DNA of 64,000 bases from Marsupella aquatica. Lineage: Eukaryota; Plantae; Marchantiophyta. Positions within the stretch are counted from its first letter, which is position 1, and every line of letters begins with the position of its first letter. A program made the translations under genes and the position numbers. The DNA lies in NCBI GenBank assembly GCA_973895155.1, contig OZ316892.1:24885233-24949232 (forward strand), written 5' to 3'. Of this stretch, positions 61,108 to 64,000 are shown one piece after another. The notes below the pieces were generated by a model. It made no database searches and had not been told where the DNA came from. It worked only from the letters and a program-made list of their open reading frames with translations.

Positions 61108-64000
61108 TTTTTTTTCCCCAAAAAACCGGGACAAAACCCGGGAACCTTAATTAAGCAAACCAAAAACAACAGCACCGCCTAGGAGAAGGAGGCAGCACAA
61201 AAAACCACAATTAAGGGGCTTGAAAGAGGAAGCTCACCCCAGAGAGGAGAGAAAGGGCACCATAGTCCAATCCGCCTAAGTGGAAGGAGGCGGAACAGAT
61301 AGGGACTGCAAACCCAAGGACAGGAAACTAAATCTAGGTCACGGAATACGCTAATACCTACTCATGATCAATCCATCACTGCAACAAGACCAGAATCCAC
61401 CCAAGAAATAATCATGGTGAGAGCCAAACTCACACCCCACTGGCCGCCTTAAAAACTTCACATATGCCTCCAAAAAGCCGCTGCAGAGCATCCGACCTCA
61501 ACACAAAACTTCACCGATCAGCAACGGCAGCCGTCCCCCCAACCTTAGAAAGACTAGATAATAAGCCAAATGAATAGGCAGCACAACTTACTCCTCACAT
61601 TGTCACCAACAGCCACCATAAACGAAGACCATATCCAATCCAAATCTGCACCGGCGAAGGTCAGAATCCGAGCCCATGAGAGAATCCGAGCTGCAGAAAA
61701 CTCATCTATCATCCCAATCGGTGACCCGCATCAGACCCAACCAAAGAAACATCCAACGACAACCAAAACCCACGTTGATCCATAAATTGGAGCCTATGCA
61801 TTCTCCAAAACCAATCACTCCCTCATTCACCAGTCACCGGAGATCTTCCCAAATTATTTATGGATGGACAGAACAAATCCTCATCTAGCATGAAGAACAT
61901 CTGATCCTGATGGAGCGGCCGCGAGAGCGGCCGGCGACCCCTAAGGAGGAACTCAGAGAGAGGAGGCCAAAGAGAGGCGAATAGGGCCGAGAGGCCCAGA
62001 GAGCACATTGGAGGGGCCCCAGAAGGAGAGACCGGACCCACCACCAGAAGGTAAAACGCCCAACCAAACTATTGGTTATTGCTGCTTGAATAAATCACCC
62101 CAAAAGAATGCAATACTCCGTAGCACGATAGAAATGTCCTTTCTCCAAACTGAGGGGCCTTAGCTTCATGAATATGTCTAGCTCCCCGCAAATCTCCTTA
62201 GCACGATGGAATCTTCCCACCACCAACTGCCCCCAACATCCGAAGGCCGGCCAATAGGATGGAAGAGAAGGCCAACTCCAAGACAGATCCAAAGAAGACA
62301 GCCAATCTTTATGCAGCGAAGGACGATCATAGAGAAAGCACGGGAAGTCCGAATCCGGAGCTAAGACAAAAATGTACTATCTAAATTGGAAAGAGGCCAC
62401 CACGCACAGCAAAGAGATCCTAAGAGTCACGATGAAAACTAACATATCAGAAAGGCCCCTAAACACTCTAATGTTCCGGTTTTTCCAGATGAGCCAAAAG
62501 GTCTCAAATATAACAAATAAGCAAGCAGCGGGGAGAATGGCCTAGAGCCAGGTCTAGAGTGTTGAGGAAGGAAAGGCCTCCCGAAGATGAGACAAGGCTG
62601 GGACCCGCTCATAGAACCATGCGATTCTGTTCCATGCTGCAGAAGCATTAGAGTAGGAGAAAAATAAGTGTTGGAAATCTTCAATGTGATCCCTGCAAAA
62701 GGGGCAGCGGCGCGCCATCTCCTCTCCCACACTGGAGAGCTCTCCTGCCGGTAAAGATATATGCAGCAATAACTCTCCAAATAAAGATTTTCTCTCTATG
62801 GAATAAATCTGATCTCCAGATCCTTCGCCAGCAACGCTGCCAAACCACCACAGAATCAGACAATCCCCACCGATTGTTAAATGATGTGGAGTCACAAGAA
62901 GAGTCATCCAAATAAGAATATGCCAAAGACCTGCTCAAAAGACAAAGATCCCGAAGAGATCTATGACCCTGCCAACACTAATGCGATGCATCAAAAGAAC
63001 AGGAAATAGAGGGCCAAGGACCACTCTGGAGCACCCAAATAGTGATTCCAAGGAAATTGATGTAAGTGGAATGCACCCCATGTATCCTGGATAGACGGAC
63101 CAAAAAATCCACCCATACACTGGAAACCCAATCCCATAAGTCGAAGGCAGAGCAAATATTCAAGCGTTTGCACGCAGATAAAATAAAGTGGAGAGAAGAG
63201 AGTGAGAAGCCATTGGAACAGAATGTCAAGAACAGTAGCTCCTCAATTTCCCACCTAGCCATAAAGTCAAGAGAGCCAGCACTCCATAGAACCTTACCCC
63301 AAATGTTTGCCCAAGCCAACCAGATACCTACAGTGTAATTCATTCCACGAAAAGAAGACGGGGAGGAGAAGAAGAATCTATCCATAACCATGTATCCAGA
63401 ATGCCGTAGGAGAACAGATTCTCTCCAGGCAGCCGACCAAAGGTTCTTAGAGAAAAGGATGGACCACTGTAAGTTGGGATACGTGAGTAAACGAACGGCC
63501 CATCTAGCTAGCCAACAGAGCAGAAGCCTGAAACGAAACATTCTTAAAACCAATTCAAGGCCTCCATCCTGCTTTCGGCCGCTCATGCCGTCCCAGGAGA
63601 CAAGGGGGTTCTTCCTTCCACCGTCCTTGTTGAACCCCCAAAGGAAGTCCTTGCAAATCTTCTGAATCCTATCTGATAGACCCCTGGCAAAATGAGTGTA
63701 CATCATGTGGTACACCGTCATTGATAAAAGTACCTGCTAAGTAATCAACAATACTTACCTGTGAAGGAAAAATTCTTATTGGACCAAGTAGCAAGACCTT
63801 GATTAAGTGTCTTTAAGCAGAAATCTTGGAACTGCAGATTAGTCTTTATACCATGATTGTACCTTGCCTATCAGCGCGCTGCATAAGTGGTTGAGTTGAA
63901 AGTGCATAAATGAGCCGGGCTAGGGGACATCCCTGTCGAACACCTCGCCGAAGCATAATCGGTTCAGTGAATTGTCTATTCACATGGACCTTAGCCAAGG
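61108..64000 (-). mobile_element. Degenerate non-LTR retrotransposon (LINE, L1-clade-like), 3' part of ORF2, running off the window end
   Basis: Minus strand: AKVHVNRQFTEPIMLRRGVRQGCP/[fs]LARLIYALSTQPLM (RT), W.NKNFSFTGK, VYHMM...CKDFLWG...LVSWD...KQDGGL, RWCWRRIW-like/REKIFIWRVI and CPFCRDHIEDFQHLFFS (zf-RVT). Multiple frameshifts. A T-run at about 61108-61115 is a possible poly(A) end. Confidence 0.85.

Overview
Eukaryotic land-plant genomic DNA with spliced GT-AG genes and many repeat or transposon remnants. Gene architecture and protein sequences suggest a non-seed plant, perhaps a bryophyte/liverwort; this is inference only. Host genes reconstructed by hand, with splice phases checked: the 3' part of an AAGAB/p34-like gene (+, 1-1174); two paralogous carbonyl-reductase-type SDRs facing each other about 44 kb apart (+ 10029-12628; - 58141-56214); a six-exon UBC19/20 (E2-C) gene (- 18254-16179) with MSA-like upstream elements; an RKD-type RWP-RK transcription factor (- ~35618-33328); and an unrecognised acidic WED-repeat ORF (+ 13852-14592). 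Not resolved by the ORF track: a frameshifted, intron-retaining EHD1/RME-1 pseudogene (+ ~42806-43981) and two candidate small membrane-protein genes either side of RKD. Mobile DNA: a complete 4440-bp PIF/Harbinger element (47641-52080; perfect 14-bp TIRs, TTA TSD, transposase broken by one TGA), an adjacent Tourist MITE, a solo LTR with 5-bp TSD, a CACTA left end, LINE remnants and several minisatellites. I found no CRISPR array, rRNA or tRNA. No clearly new biological system can be established from sequence alone; the best leads are the orphan acidic protein, the small membrane ORFs around RKD and the nearly intact Harbinger element.
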